Shown one piece after another: positions 30,048 to 39,719 of a stretch of DNA of 64,000 nt. The stretch spans positions 2,496,001-2,560,000 of the forward strand of contig CAXXUK010000001.1 in the NCBI GenBank assembly GCA_963665125.2, in the 5' to 3' direction. The position numbers were made by a program, and so were the translations under genes. The notes below the pieces were generated by a model. It saw only the letters and a list, made by a program, of their open reading frames with translations. It ran no database searches and was not told where the DNA came from. Each line of letters starts with the position of its first letter. Position 1 is the stretch's first letter. This stretch comes from an uncultured Desulfarculus sp. GTDB lineage: Bacteria > Desulfobacterota > Desulfarculia > Desulfarculales > Desulfarculaceae.

Positions 30048-30848
30048 CTAATTTGGTTCTACGCCCCGCTGCTTGAAAACCTCCCTTGCCGCGCCAAGGG
30101 CGTTCAGCGCCGCCGGGAAGCCCGCGTATCCGGCCATTTGGTTGATGACCTCAACGACTTCCCCCGGCTCCAGCCCGACATTCAGGCCCGCGGCGATATG
30201 CACCATAAGCTGGGGCAGCATGGTGCCGGCCGCCGTCGTCGCGGCTATGGCCGCTATTTCCCGGTGGCGGTCGGAAATGCCGGACCGGGAAAATACGTCG
30301 CCATAGCTGAAGTCCAGGATGAATTCGCCCATTTCCGGGGCCACGTCTGCCAGGCCGTCCAGGACGGATCGGCCAGTGCCGCCGCTGATGCGGGCCAGGG
30401 CCTCCAGGCCGCGCTCCCTGCGGGAGCCCTTTGTACTTTCCGGCGGCGAGACAGCCACCCCCTTGGCTTTGAACACCTCCCGGGCCACGGTTATTGCATT
30501 GAGCCCGGCCGGGAATCCGGCATACACCATGGTCACGTAGATGGTTTCGATGATCTCCCGGGGCGTCACGCCCACGTTCAGGGCCGCGCCGATGTGGAAT
30601 TTCAACTGGGGCGCGGCATGGCCCAGGCAGGTCAGGGCGGCCATGGTGGCTATCTGGCGGGAGGCCAGGTCCAGCCCCGGACGGCTGTATATGTCGCCGT
30701 AACCAAACTCTACGATGTATCCGGCCATCTCCGGGGCGATGTCTTGCAGACCCTGCATGATGCCCTGAGCGGCATCGGCGTCAAGCTGGTTCAAGACGGC
30801 CATGCCCCGCTGATAGCGCCGCGACTCCCGGCTTTGCTGTTCCATCAC
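30048..30848 (-). CDS. Carboxymuconolactone decarboxylase family protein, tandem duplicated domain
   Basis: Two repeats of F.YGD..SR.G....R.IA....PQL..HI.A.LNVG...YAGFPA.LNA. Confidence 0.88.
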   Translation of the reverse strand: MMEQQSRESRRYQRGMAVLNQLDADAAQGIMQGLQDIAPEMAGYIVEFGYGDIYSRPGLDLASRQIATMAALTCLGHAAPQLKFHIGAALNVGVTPREIIETIYVTMVYAGFPAGLNAITVAREVFKAKGVAVSPPESTKGSRRERGLEALARISGGTGRSVLDGLADVAPEMGEFILDFSYGDVFSRSGISDRHREIAAIAATTAAGTMLPQLMVHIAAGLNVGLEPGEVVEVINQMAGYAGFPAALNALGAAREVFKQRGVEPN

Positions 30849-30956
30849 TGCCTCCGTAAATTCAGAAGAAATAAAGCACTGGTAAAAAAATATAAATCAA
30901 TGAATAATATCTCCAATATATCTTTCGAATATTATTGATTTGTTTTGGATATCATT

Positions 30957-31907
30957 ATGGAACTGCGGCAACTGAAATACTTCAAGGCGGTGGCCGAGGA
31001 ATTGCACTTCGGCAGGGCGGCCCAGAGGCTCAACATCTCCCAGCCGCCGCTGAGCATGCAGATCCGCAACCTGGAAGACGAACTGGGCTTTGAACTGTTT
31101 CACCGCACCAACCGCAAGGTGGAGTTGAGCGATGCGGGCCGCGAGTTTCTGGATGGCGCGCGCCGGGTGCTGGCCCAGGCAGAGCAGGCCGTGCAGCAGG
31201 CCAGGCAAGTGGCCAGGGGTCTGGCGGGAAGCCTGGTTATAGGTTTCATGGGCCCGGCCATGGACGGCCCCCTACCCGAGGCGGTAAAGGCCTTTCGGGA
31301 CAATTATCCGCGAATCAGCCTGACCTTTGAGGAAATGAGCAGCGCCGAGCAGGTGGCGGCCCTGAAGGCCGGAGCCATCGACCTGGGCGTGGTCAGGGCC
31401 TTTGGCCGAACGCCGCCCGGCGTGGCGTCCATGCCCTTTTGGCGCGAGGAATATGTCCTGGCCATGGCCACGGACCACAGGCTGGCCGGTAAAGATTCCG
31501 CCAGGCCGGATGAGCTGGCCGATGAAGAGTTGATCCTGTTCCCCCGGCAGATGCAGCCGGAGTTGTACGACGCCGTGATCGCCGCTTTCCACGCCCAGGG
31601 CGTTACGCCTCGGGTGGGCCAACATGCCCGCACCAAGCAAAACGCCCTGGCCCTGGCCGCCGCGGGCCTTGGCCTGGCCATAGTGCCCAAAACCACGGCC
31701 CAAACCAGGCCGGGGACAATCAAGGCGGTTGAATTGAAGGCGGACCTGCCGCTGGTGGAGATAAGCCTGGCCTGGAAGCTGGGACGCCAATCAGCGGCCC
31801 TGCAAAACCTCGTCGCCGTACTTGTAGATCACTCAGGCCGTTGCCAGCGCGTCCAGCAGGCGGCCGTGCAGGCCCTCGAAGCCGCCGTTGCTCATGATCA
31901 GGCATAG
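30957..31907 (+). CDS. LysR-family regulator, divergent from the CMD gene
   Basis: MELRQLKYFKAVAEELHFGRAAQRLNISQPPLS. Confidence 0.93.
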   Translation: MELRQLKYFKAVAEELHFGRAAQRLNISQPPLSMQIRNLEDELGFELFHRTNRKVELSDAGREFLDGARRVLAQAEQAVQQARQVARGLAGSLVIGFMGPAMDGPLPEAVKAFRDNYPRISLTFEEMSSAEQVAALKAGAIDLGVVRAFGRTPPGVASMPFWREEYVLAMATDHRLAGKDSARPDELADEELILFPRQMQPELYDAVIAAFHAQGVTPRVGQHARTKQNALALAAAGLGLAIVPKTTAQTRPGTIKAVELKADLPLVEISLAWKLGRQSAALQNLVAVLVDHSGRCQRVQQAAVQALEAAVAHDQA

Positions 31908-33290
31908 GTCGCCGGGCCTCAGCGCCTCCAGCAAAGCCGCCAGCAGCGCGTCGGCGTCGGAGTAAGCCCAGGTCTTGATGCCCTTGGCGGTCAGGTCTCG
32001 GGCAAGCCGGGCCGAGGAAAAGCGTTCCTCGGGCGGCAGGCCGTCCACGCCCGGCGGCTCCCGCAGAAACACCCGACCGGCCCCGTCAAAGGCATCGGCG
32101 TATTCGGCCTGGAAGCGTTTGGTCTTGCTGGTGTTGGTGCGCGGCTCGAACACGGCCACCAGGCGGCCGTCGGCGGGCGTCCATCCGGGCAGGCCGAAGC
32201 GGGCCACGGCCTTGATTGTCTCCCGCACGGCCGTGGGATGATGGGCGAAATCGTCGACAACCACCACGCCCCTGGCCTTGCCCCGCACCTCCTGGCGGCG
32301 GCGCACGCCCTGGAAGGCCTTTTGCGCCTGGCAGGCCTCGGCCAGGCGCACCCCGCCCGCGTGCATGGCCATGACGCAGGCCAGGGTGTTGAGGGCGTTG
32401 TGTTCACCGGCCAGGGGCGAATCAAAGCTCAGCTCCGGGCCGTCCGGCGGCCGGATGGTCAGCCGCGCCCCGCCCTTTTGGCCCGGCTCGGCGCTGATCA
32501 GCCGCCAGGCGCATTCCCGGCCCCGGCCATAGCTCCACACCGGGCACTTCGCGCCGCTGGCCCGTTGCATCACCTCGGCGCTGTCGCCCCAGACGATGAG
32601 CACGCCGTCGGCCGGGATCTCGCTCACGAACATGTCAAAGGCCCGGCGGATGGAATCCATGCCGTCGTAGATGTCGGCATGGTCGAACTCCACGCTGGTC
32701 AGGATGCCGATCTTGGGGCGGTAGTGCACGAACTTGGGCCGCTTGTCGAAAAACGCCGTGTCGTATTCATCGCCCTCGACGACAAAATGTTCTCCGCCGC
32801 CGTCGGCGAAGTTGCGCCCGCCCTCGACCATGATGCCGCCGACCATGAAGCCGGGCCGCCTGGCCGTGTGCTCCAGACCCGACGCCACCAAAGCCGTGGT
32901 GGTGGTTTTGCCGTGGGTCCCGGCTATGACGATGGAGGTCTTTCCGGCGATGAACAGCTCGCCCAGGGTCTGGGGCAGAGACAGATACGGCAGGCCCGTT
33001 TCGGCCAGAGCCAGGGCCTCGGGGTTGTCCCGGCGGATCACATTGCCCACCACCACCAGATCGGGCGGCGGGGTCAAGTTTGCCGGATCATAGCCCGTAT
33101 GCACGGGGATGCCCTTGTCTTGCAGGAACGTGCTCATGGGCGGGTACAGGGGGCCGTCCGAGCCGCCCACGGCCAGGCCACGGTCGGCCAGGGCTCCGGC
33201 CAGGGCGCCCATGGCCACTCCGCCGACGCCCATCAGATGTACTTTGGCGATCTTTTCGGGAAGAACGTTCAGCTTGGGGTCCAGGCTCAC
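31833..33290 (-). CDS. mpl: Murein peptide ligase
   Basis: HLMGVGGVAMG, GTHGKTTT, EGDEYDTAFFDK, EFDHADIY, DDFAHHPTA, FEPRTNT, MSNGGF. Confidence 0.9.
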   Translation of the reverse strand: MSLDPKLNVLPEKIAKVHLMGVGGVAMGALAGALADRGLAVGGSDGPLYPPMSTFLQDKGIPVHTGYDPANLTPPPDLVVVGNVIRRDNPEALALAETGLPYLSLPQTLGELFIAGKTSIVIAGTHGKTTTTALVASGLEHTARRPGFMVGGIMVEGGRNFADGGGEHFVVEGDEYDTAFFDKRPKFVHYRPKIGILTSVEFDHADIYDGMDSIRRAFDMFVSEIPADGVLIVWGDSAEVMQRASGAKCPVWSYGRGRECAWRLISAEPGQKGGARLTIRPPDGPELSFDSPLAGEHNALNTLACVMAMHAGGVRLAEACQAQKAFQGVRRRQEVRGKARGVVVVDDFAHHPTAVRETIKAVARFGLPGWTPADGRLVAVFEPRTNTSKTKRFQAEYADAFDGAGRVFLREPPGVDGLPPEERFSSARLARDLTAKGIKTWAYSDADALLAALLEALRPGDLCLIMSNGGFEGLHGRLLDALATA

Positions 33291-33291
33291 A

Positions 33292-34344
33292 TCAGGCTCC
33301 CAGATATTGCCAGGCGGCCTGGTGCACCTGCCGCCGGAAGGACGCTATCTTGTCGTTGTCGCGGCCAAAGGCCACGCGGTTGGTCAACAGCACCACGCCA
33401 GAGCCGCGCCGCGGGCTCATCCACAGGCTGGTGCCGGTGAAACCCAGGTGGCCCACGGTATCGGCCGGGGCGTTGGGTCCGGCGGCGCTGTCCGGGCCGC
33501 TGGGCGTGTCAAAGCCCGGCGTGCGGGGGCAACCCTTGGGCTCGGGGCAGCGGGCAAAAAGCCCGGCCGCCATGTCGGCGGGCCAGGGTCCGTCGCCAGC
33601 CGCCGCCAGGCACAAGGCACGGGCAATCTCGGCCACCTGCCCGGCCGTGCCGAACAGTCCGGCATGACCGGCGACCCCGCCCAAGGCAAAGGCGTTTTCA
33701 TCCTCCACCTTACCGTGGATCACCGCCCGTCCCGGCAGCGGCCCGCAGGGGGCGATGCGCTCCAGGGGCCAATGGGCCTTGTCTTCCAGAGCCAGATAGC
33801 GCGGACCGTCCAGGCCCAGCTTTTTCAGGGTCTGGGCCAGGGTCAGATCAAGACTCACCCCGGCGGCCTCCTCCAACAGCAGCCCCAGCAGCATATACCC
33901 CAGGTCGCTGTATACGGCGGCCTCGCCGGGAATGTTCTCCAGGGGATCGTTGAGGAGCATGGCCTTTAACAGGCCCCGCCGGGCGCTGGGCGCCGGGTAC
34001 CGCTCCAGGGCCTGGTAAAAGGGCTTGTAGGCCGCGAAACCGGCCGTATGGCAAAGCATCTGCCCCACGTTTATGGCCTGTTTGTCCGCGGGCACCACAT
34101 CGCCCCACACAGTGCCCAATGGGGTCTCAAAGGGCAGCACGCCGTCGGCGGCCAGATCCAGGGCCATGACAGCCGTGGCCAGGGGCTTGGTCAGCGAGGC
34201 TAGGTCGAACACCGTGTCCGCGTCAGCCTGCCCGGCGCTATAGAGCATCGGGTCGGCCTGGCTGTTCCACACGGCCAGGACAATGGCCGGGGCAACTTTT
34301 TCTTCTATGCCTTTGTCGATGATTTCCTGCAATGATTGGTTCAA
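33292..34344 (-). CDS. Serine hydrolase, beta-lactamase/AmpC fold
   Basis: FDLASLTK, YSDLG, GHAGLF, GHLGFTG. Confidence 0.88.
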   Translation of the reverse strand: MNQSLQEIIDKGIEEKVAPAIVLAVWNSQADPMLYSAGQADADTVFDLASLTKPLATAVMALDLAADGVLPFETPLGTVWGDVVPADKQAINVGQMLCHTAGFAAYKPFYQALERYPAPSARRGLLKAMLLNDPLENIPGEAAVYSDLGYMLLGLLLEEAAGVSLDLTLAQTLKKLGLDGPRYLALEDKAHWPLERIAPCGPLPGRAVIHGKVEDENAFALGGVAGHAGLFGTAGQVAEIARALCLAAAGDGPWPADMAAGLFARCPEPKGCPRTPGFDTPSGPDSAAGPNAPADTVGHLGFTGTSLWMSPRRGSGVVLLTNRVAFGRDNDKIASFRRQVHQAAWQYLGA

Positions 34345-35240
34345 AGGTCCAGTCCCACTTCCAGCACCCCGTTGTCTCCATCAATAGCGGCCATGGCTCC
34401 CAGCGGCAGGGGCCGGTTTTCCCCGCCGTGTCCGAAGGGCAAACCGATGATCACCGGCACGTCCAGGGCCGACAACCGCCGGGCAATGGCCTCCAGGCGG
34501 TCCGGCGGCGTGGCTCCGTCCGAAGCCAGCGCGCCCAGGGCCACTCCGGCCACCCGGTCCAGTACTCCGGCCAATTCCAGTTTTGTGGTCATGCGATCCA
34601 GGCGGTAGGGGGCCTCGCCGGTGTCTTCCAGGCACAGGATCGCACCTGCCAGCTCCGGAGCCCAGGGCGTGCCGATGAGGTGGCAGAGCATGGTCAGGTT
34701 GCCGCCCATAAGCACGCCGCGGGCTTTTCCGCCCGATACGGTGTCGCCCCGAAGTTGGGCGGGCCAGGGCGATCCGCCGCACAAAAGCGCGGCCACATCG
34801 GCCAGGCTGGCCTGGTCCAGGCGGGACAGTTGGGTAAGCACCGGGCCGTGCGCGCAGACCAGGCCCCGGGATGCAAAATTGTTCAATAGACAGGTAATGT
34901 CTGAAAAGCCCATCAGGCGCTTACCGCGCCGGGCCATGCCTTCAAGGTCCAACAGCGGCAGCAGACGCGACGAGCCGAACCCGCCGCGCGCGCAGATGAT
35001 CAGCCCCACTCCGGGATCGTCCCACAGCCTTTGCAGGGCAACGGCGCGCTCTTGGTCCTCACCGGCCAGATAACCGCTGCGCAGGCGCACCTGCTCGTCG
35101 ACGATGATCCGGCGCTCCCCGGCCAAATTCTCGAGCACGGCCAGCCCGGCCTCCAACTCCGCCGGGTCCACGCTGCCCGCCGGGGCTGTAACGGCGATGG
35201 CCCCTTGACCGGCGGGCCATGTGGCCTTGGCCGGGGTCAT
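34341..35240 (-). CDS. ldcA: LD-carboxypeptidase (peptidase S66)
   Basis: ARGGFGS, GFSDIT, GGNL, LED, FGHG. Confidence 0.88.
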   Translation of the reverse strand: MTPAKATWPAGQGAIAVTAPAGSVDPAELEAGLAVLENLAGERRIIVDEQVRLRSGYLAGEDQERAVALQRLWDDPGVGLIICARGGFGSSRLLPLLDLEGMARRGKRLMGFSDITCLLNNFASRGLVCAHGPVLTQLSRLDQASLADVAALLCGGSPWPAQLRGDTVSGGKARGVLMGGNLTMLCHLIGTPWAPELAGAILCLEDTGEAPYRLDRMTTKLELAGVLDRVAGVALGALASDGATPPDRLEAIARRLSALDVPVIIGLPFGHGGENRPLPLGAMAAIDGDNGVLEVGLDL

Positions 35241-36004
35241 TGATTGCGCTGATACAGGATGCGCAGGCCGTCGAGGGTCAACAATTCGTCGACAAGCTCG
35301 ATGGTCTCGCTTTGGTTGGCGATCACCGGAGCCAGGCCGCCGGTAGCGATGACCTTGCTGACCACGCCGCGTTCGTTGTTGATGGCTTTTACCAGGCCGT
35401 CCACCAGACCGGCGTAGCCGAAGACGATGCCGGCGTTCATGGAGCCGATGGTGTCCTTGGCCACGGCCATCCTGGGCCTGCTGAAGATCTCCACCCTCGG
35501 CAGCTTGCTGGCCCGCTGGAACAGGGCGTCCATGCTGATGGTGATTCCCGGCGCGATGGCCCCGCCCAGATATTCGCCCTTTGCCGAGATGCAGTCAAAG
35601 GTCGTGGCCGTGCCGAAGTCCACCACGATCAGATCGCCGCCGAACCGCTCAAAGGCGGCCACGGCGTTGACGATGCGGTCGGCGCCCACCTCGCGGGGGT
35701 TGTCGTAGAGAATCGGCATGCCGGTCTTCATTCCCGGCCCCACGAACAACGGATCGATATCCAGATAGCGGCGGCAGAAACGGGTGTAGGCGTTGATAAC
35801 CGGCGGCACAACGCAGGATATGATGACACCGTCGATGCTGCTCATGGCCAGGGGGCTGCTGGCGAAAAGGGCCTTGATCAGCACGGCCAGTTCATCGCGG
35901 GTTCGTTCCGGTTCGGTGCGCACCCGCCAATCGGCCACCAGTTTGTCTTCCTTGAATACACCGATGACCGTATTGGTGTTGCCAACGTCGATGGTCAGTA
36001 ACAT
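35237..36004 (-). CDS. coaX: Type III pantothenate kinase
   Basis: IDVGNTNT, EVGADR, VDFGTATT, ATGG. Confidence 0.95.
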   Translation of the reverse strand: MLLTIDVGNTNTVIGVFKEDKLVADWRVRTEPERTRDELAVLIKALFASSPLAMSSIDGVIISCVVPPVINAYTRFCRRYLDIDPLFVGPGMKTGMPILYDNPREVGADRIVNAVAAFERFGGDLIVVDFGTATTFDCISAKGEYLGGAIAPGITISMDALFQRASKLPRVEIFSRPRMAVAKDTIGSMNAGIVFGYAGLVDGLVKAINNERGVVSKVIATGGLAPVIANQSETIELVDELLTLDGLRILYQRNQ

Positions 36005-36021
36005 TTTTCGCTCTCCAGCCC

Positions 36022-37392
36022 TCAGTCACACAGATCGGCAACAACGACCTGACGCAGTTGCTCGGCCACATCGTTCATCAGCTTTTCATCGGCGGCCTCG
36101 ACCATGATCCGCAACTTGGGTTCCGTGCCGGAGTAGCGGACAAGCAGACGCCCCTCCTGCCCCAGGCGCTCCTCCTGGACGGCGATGGCCTTAAGCAGCT
36201 TGGGACGTTCGCTGATGGGCGGTTTGCGCGAGACCATGACATTGATCAACACCTGGGGCAGACGGGTCATCACCTGGGCCAGTTCGCTCAGACGGCGGCC
36301 GGTGCGCACCATAATGCCCAGCACCTGCAGGCCGCTGACTATGCCGTCACCGGTGGTGTTGTGATCCAGGAACAGGATATGACCGCTCTGCTCGCCGCCC
36401 AGGTTGAAACCGCCCCGGCGCATGGCCTCGACCACGTAACGGTCGCCGACCTTGGTGCGCAGCATGCGGATACCCCGCTCGCGCATGGCCAGTTCCAGAC
36501 CCAGGTTGCTCATCACCGTGGCCACCAATGTGGCCTGGCTCAGGGTGCCCCTGGTCATCATATCATCGGCGCAGATTCCCATGATCTGGTCGCCGTCTAC
36601 AACTTGGCCGTTTTCGTCGACCATGATCAAACGGTCGCCGTCGCCGTCAAAGGCCAGACCCAGGTCGCAGCCGTTGGCTGTCACAGCCGCGGCCACGGTC
36701 TCCGGGTGCAAGGCCCCCACGCCGTCGTTGATGTTGCAGCCGTCGGGCTGATCGCCGCAAAGGACCACCTCGGCGCCCAGTTCCTTGAACACCGCCGGGG
36801 CAACTTTGTATGTCGCGCCATGGGCGCAATCCAGGGCGATCTTCAGGCCGTCCAGGACCAGGTCGTCGGGAAAGCTGTGTTTGGCGAAAACTATATAGCG
36901 CCCCGGAGCGTCGTCGATGCGCCGGGCCCGGCCCACGATGCCGGGCTGGGGGGCCGGTTCGGGCTGCAGGCCGCTGGCGGCCGCCTCCACATAGGCCTCG
37001 ATCTGGTCTTCCATTTCGTCGGGCAGCTTGTAGCCGTCCCTGGCGAATATCTTGATGCCGTTGTCCTGATACGGGTTATGGCTGGCGCTGATGACGATGC
37101 CGGCGTCGGCCCGCATGCTGCGGGTCAAAAAGGCTATGGCCGGAGTGGGCATGGGACCCACCAACAGCGCATCGCCGCCCATGGAGCAGATCCCGGCCAC
37201 CAGGGCGTTTTCGAACATATATCCGGAAAGGCGCGTGTCCTTGCCAATGATTATCTTGTGTTTGCCTTTGCCGCGCCGGAATACGGCTGCCACGCCCCGG
37301 CCGGTGGCAAGGGCCATCTCGGCGGTCATGGGGTGGGCGTTGGCAATGCCCCGCATGCCGTCGGTGCCGAATATCTTGCTCTTGCGCTCCAT
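36022..37392 (-). CDS. glmM: Phosphoglucosamine mutase
   Basis: FGTDG, ISASHNP, DGDGDR, GGEQSGH. Confidence 0.96.
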   Translation of the reverse strand: MERKSKIFGTDGMRGIANAHPMTAEMALATGRGVAAVFRRGKGKHKIIIGKDTRLSGYMFENALVAGICSMGGDALLVGPMPTPAIAFLTRSMRADAGIVISASHNPYQDNGIKIFARDGYKLPDEMEDQIEAYVEAAASGLQPEPAPQPGIVGRARRIDDAPGRYIVFAKHSFPDDLVLDGLKIALDCAHGATYKVAPAVFKELGAEVVLCGDQPDGCNINDGVGALHPETVAAAVTANGCDLGLAFDGDGDRLIMVDENGQVVDGDQIMGICADDMMTRGTLSQATLVATVMSNLGLELAMRERGIRMLRTKVGDRYVVEAMRRGGFNLGGEQSGHILFLDHNTTGDGIVSGLQVLGIMVRTGRRLSELAQVMTRLPQVLINVMVSRKPPISERPKLLKAIAVQEERLGQEGRLLVRYSGTEPKLRIMVEAADEKLMNDVAEQLRQVVVADLCD

Positions 37393-37414
37393 TTTACCTC
37401 ACAAGAGATTGTCC

Positions 37415-38074
37415 CTATTCCTGGGTGATTCCTTTGGGGGTAATCAGGATGGTCGCCCGGACTTCCTTGGGTTCGACCATCATCGATGATCCGGGTGGCG
37501 AACGGAGGTTGACGGTCCGGGTAAACGTTTCGCTGTGGCCACTGACATCAATCGGTTCGCTCCAGATCCAGTCCAGGGCGGCCAAGGCCCGCTTTTCGCC
37601 GCTTATCTTGACCTCCGGCGGGTTGAAAACCACCTCGTCGACCTCGTATCCCCGGGCCGGGCGGCCCTGCACCACGGGGCTGACCTTGACGTCCCTTGAT
37701 GAGCGCGTCTCCAGCTTGACCCTGATCTCCGCTGGGTCGACCCTGACCACGCTGACCCAAGGCGGCAGGGTCAGGTCCTGGATGCCCAACCTGAAGATGT
37801 GATCGCCCGGACCCAGGCCGTTCAGGTTGATCTGCTTGACGGGTGTGCGCTGGGCCACTCCGCGAATCAGCGTCCGGGGTCCGTAGAGGCGCACCGAAAG
37901 CTCGGCGGGCACCTCGCCGGCCACGACCTGGCCCTCGGCCACGCCCGAGATCTCCACTGGAATCTGGATGGTCAACTCCGCCTTTTCCACCCCGACGATG
38001 ATCAGCCACATGATGACCGCTATGGCCAGGGCCAACGCCTTGAGTTGCCAATTATTGGTTAATCTATCCAGCAT
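37415..38074 (-). CDS. cdaR: CdaR/YbbR-domain protein
   Basis: N-terminal TM helix, two YbbR-like repeats; between cdaA and glmM. Confidence 0.85.
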   Translation of the reverse strand: MLDRLTNNWQLKALALAIAVIMWLIIVGVEKAELTIQIPVEISGVAEGQVVAGEVPAELSVRLYGPRTLIRGVAQRTPVKQINLNGLGPGDHIFRLGIQDLTLPPWVSVVRVDPAEIRVKLETRSSRDVKVSPVVQGRPARGYEVDEVVFNPPEVKISGEKRALAALDWIWSEPIDVSGHSETFTRTVNLRSPPGSSMMVEPKEVRATILITPKGITQE

Positions 38075-38085
38075 CCGGCCGGCTC

Positions 38086-38862
38086 CTAATCCTTTGCCCG
38101 CTTGCTCTTGGACGGCAAAAGCTGCTCCAAGCGCTTTTCCAGGTCTTCCGGTTCATAGGGCCCGGTCAGTTTGCCCTCGTGGGCGATGCTTATCTTGCCC
38201 CGCTCTTCGCTGACCACCACCACCACGGCGTCGGTTTCGCCGGAAAAGCCCAGGGCGGCCAGATGCCGTGAGCCCAGGCGCTTGCCGGTGTCGGTGTCCT
38301 TGGCCAGGGGCAGCATGCAGCGGGCGGCCCTGGCCCTGTTGCCCTGGATGATCACCGCGCCGTCGTGCAGAGGCCCGCTGACCTGAAAAATGCTGATCAA
38401 CAGCGGGCTGCTGACCACCGCATCCAGGCGCACTCCGGCCTCGATATAGTCTTCCAGGCCGGTGCTGTTTTCAATGGCCACCAGGGCCCCTGTGCGGCGC
38501 TTGGCCATGATTCCGGCGGCGTTGGCCACCTCGCTGATTATGTCGGAACGGGGCATGTGCGAGCCGAAGAACGAGCCTTGACCCATGCGGGCCAGGGCCC
38601 GGCGGATGTCTGATTGAAAGATGACGATGACCACCAGCACAAGGGAGGATAAAAACGAGGTGATCAGCCAGTTGGTGGCCACCATGTCCAGTTCGCGGCT
38701 GACCCACCACGTAAAAAGGACCAATCCAAGACCGGTGAGCATCTGCATGGCCCTGGTTCCACGAACCAGAAGCATTATCTGATAAACGACAAAGGCCACC
38801 AAGGCGATGTCGGCAAGGTCCTGCCACCTGATCTGCTGGAGCAGATTCAGGAAATCGCTCAT
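38086..38862 (-). CDS. cdaA: Membrane diadenylate cyclase
   Basis: Three TM helices, PLHDGA, GSRHLAA, VSEE. Confidence 0.9.
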   Translation of the reverse strand: MSDFLNLLQQIRWQDLADIALVAFVVYQIMLLVRGTRAMQMLTGLGLVLFTWWVSRELDMVATNWLITSFLSSLVLVVIVIFQSDIRRALARMGQGSFFGSHMPRSDIISEVANAAGIMAKRRTGALVAIENSTGLEDYIEAGVRLDAVVSSPLLISIFQVSGPLHDGAVIIQGNRARAARCMLPLAKDTDTGKRLGSRHLAALGFSGETDAVVVVVSEERGKISIAHEGKLTGPYEPEDLEKRLEQLLPSKSKRAKD

Positions 38863-39719
38863 CAGTGCGCCTCCGCCGCGACGATGGCATCGCTCATGAC
38901 AAGTGCGTCTTTCAGGGGTGCGACATCATGCACCCGAACGATATCCGCCCCCAGAGCCGCGCCGACAACATGCACGCCCAGGGTGCCCCAAAGCCTGTCT
39001 TCCACGGGTTTGCCGGTAAGGGTCCCGATAAAGGACTTGCGGCTGGCGCCCAGCAAAACCGGATAACCCAACTCGGCCAATTTGGCAAGATTGGCGATAA
39101 GGCTCAGGTTGTGCTCCACGGTCTTGCCGAAGCCGATGCCCGGATCAACGATGATTTTTTCCGGGGCGACCCCGGCGGCTATGGCCGCCTCGGCCTGTTG
39201 TTTCAGGAACCGGGCCACCTCGGCCACCACGTCGTCATAGACGGGGTCTTGCTGCATGGTCCGGGGGGTGCCCTTCATGTGCATCAACACCAGGGCCGCG
39301 CCGGTCTCTGCGGCCGCGCGGGCCATATCCTCGTCGCCCAACAGGGCTGTAATGTCGTTGATTATGTGGGCCCCGGCCTTCATCGCCGCCTTGGCCACAT
39401 CGGCCTTGTTGGTGTCGATGCTGATCAGAGCGTCGCATTTGGCGGCTAATTGCTCGATGACCGGAATGACCCGGTCAATCTCCTCGGATGCTGAAACAGG
39501 GTCCGAGCCCGGCCGCGTGGATTCGCCGCCGATGTCCAGAATGGCCGCGCCTTCCGCGGCCAGTTGCAGGCCCTGCTGCACGGCCTGGTCCACGCCGTAA
39601 AACCGTCCGCCGTCGGAAAACGAATCCGGCGTTACATTGACCACACCCATGATCACCGTATGGAGCCCGAGTTCCATTTGCCCGCCCGGATACGGCACCA
39701 AGCGCCGCATCCTAGGCAT
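38862..39719 (-). CDS. folP: Dihydropteroate synthase
   Basis: [38 protein letters not shown]; start placed at the ATG overlapping the ftsH end. Confidence 0.93.
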   Translation of the reverse strand: MPRMRRLVPYPGGQMELGLHTVIMGVVNVTPDSFSDGGRFYGVDQAVQQGLQLAAEGAAILDIGGESTRPGSDPVSASEEIDRVIPVIEQLAAKCDALISIDTNKADVAKAAMKAGAHIINDITALLGDEDMARAAAETGAALVLMHMKGTPRTMQQDPVYDDVVAEVARFLKQQAEAAIAAGVAPEKIIVDPGIGFGKTVEHNLSLIANLAKLAELGYPVLLGASRKSFIGTLTGKPVEDRLWGTLGVHVVGAALGADIVRVHDVAPLKDALVMSDAIVAAEAH

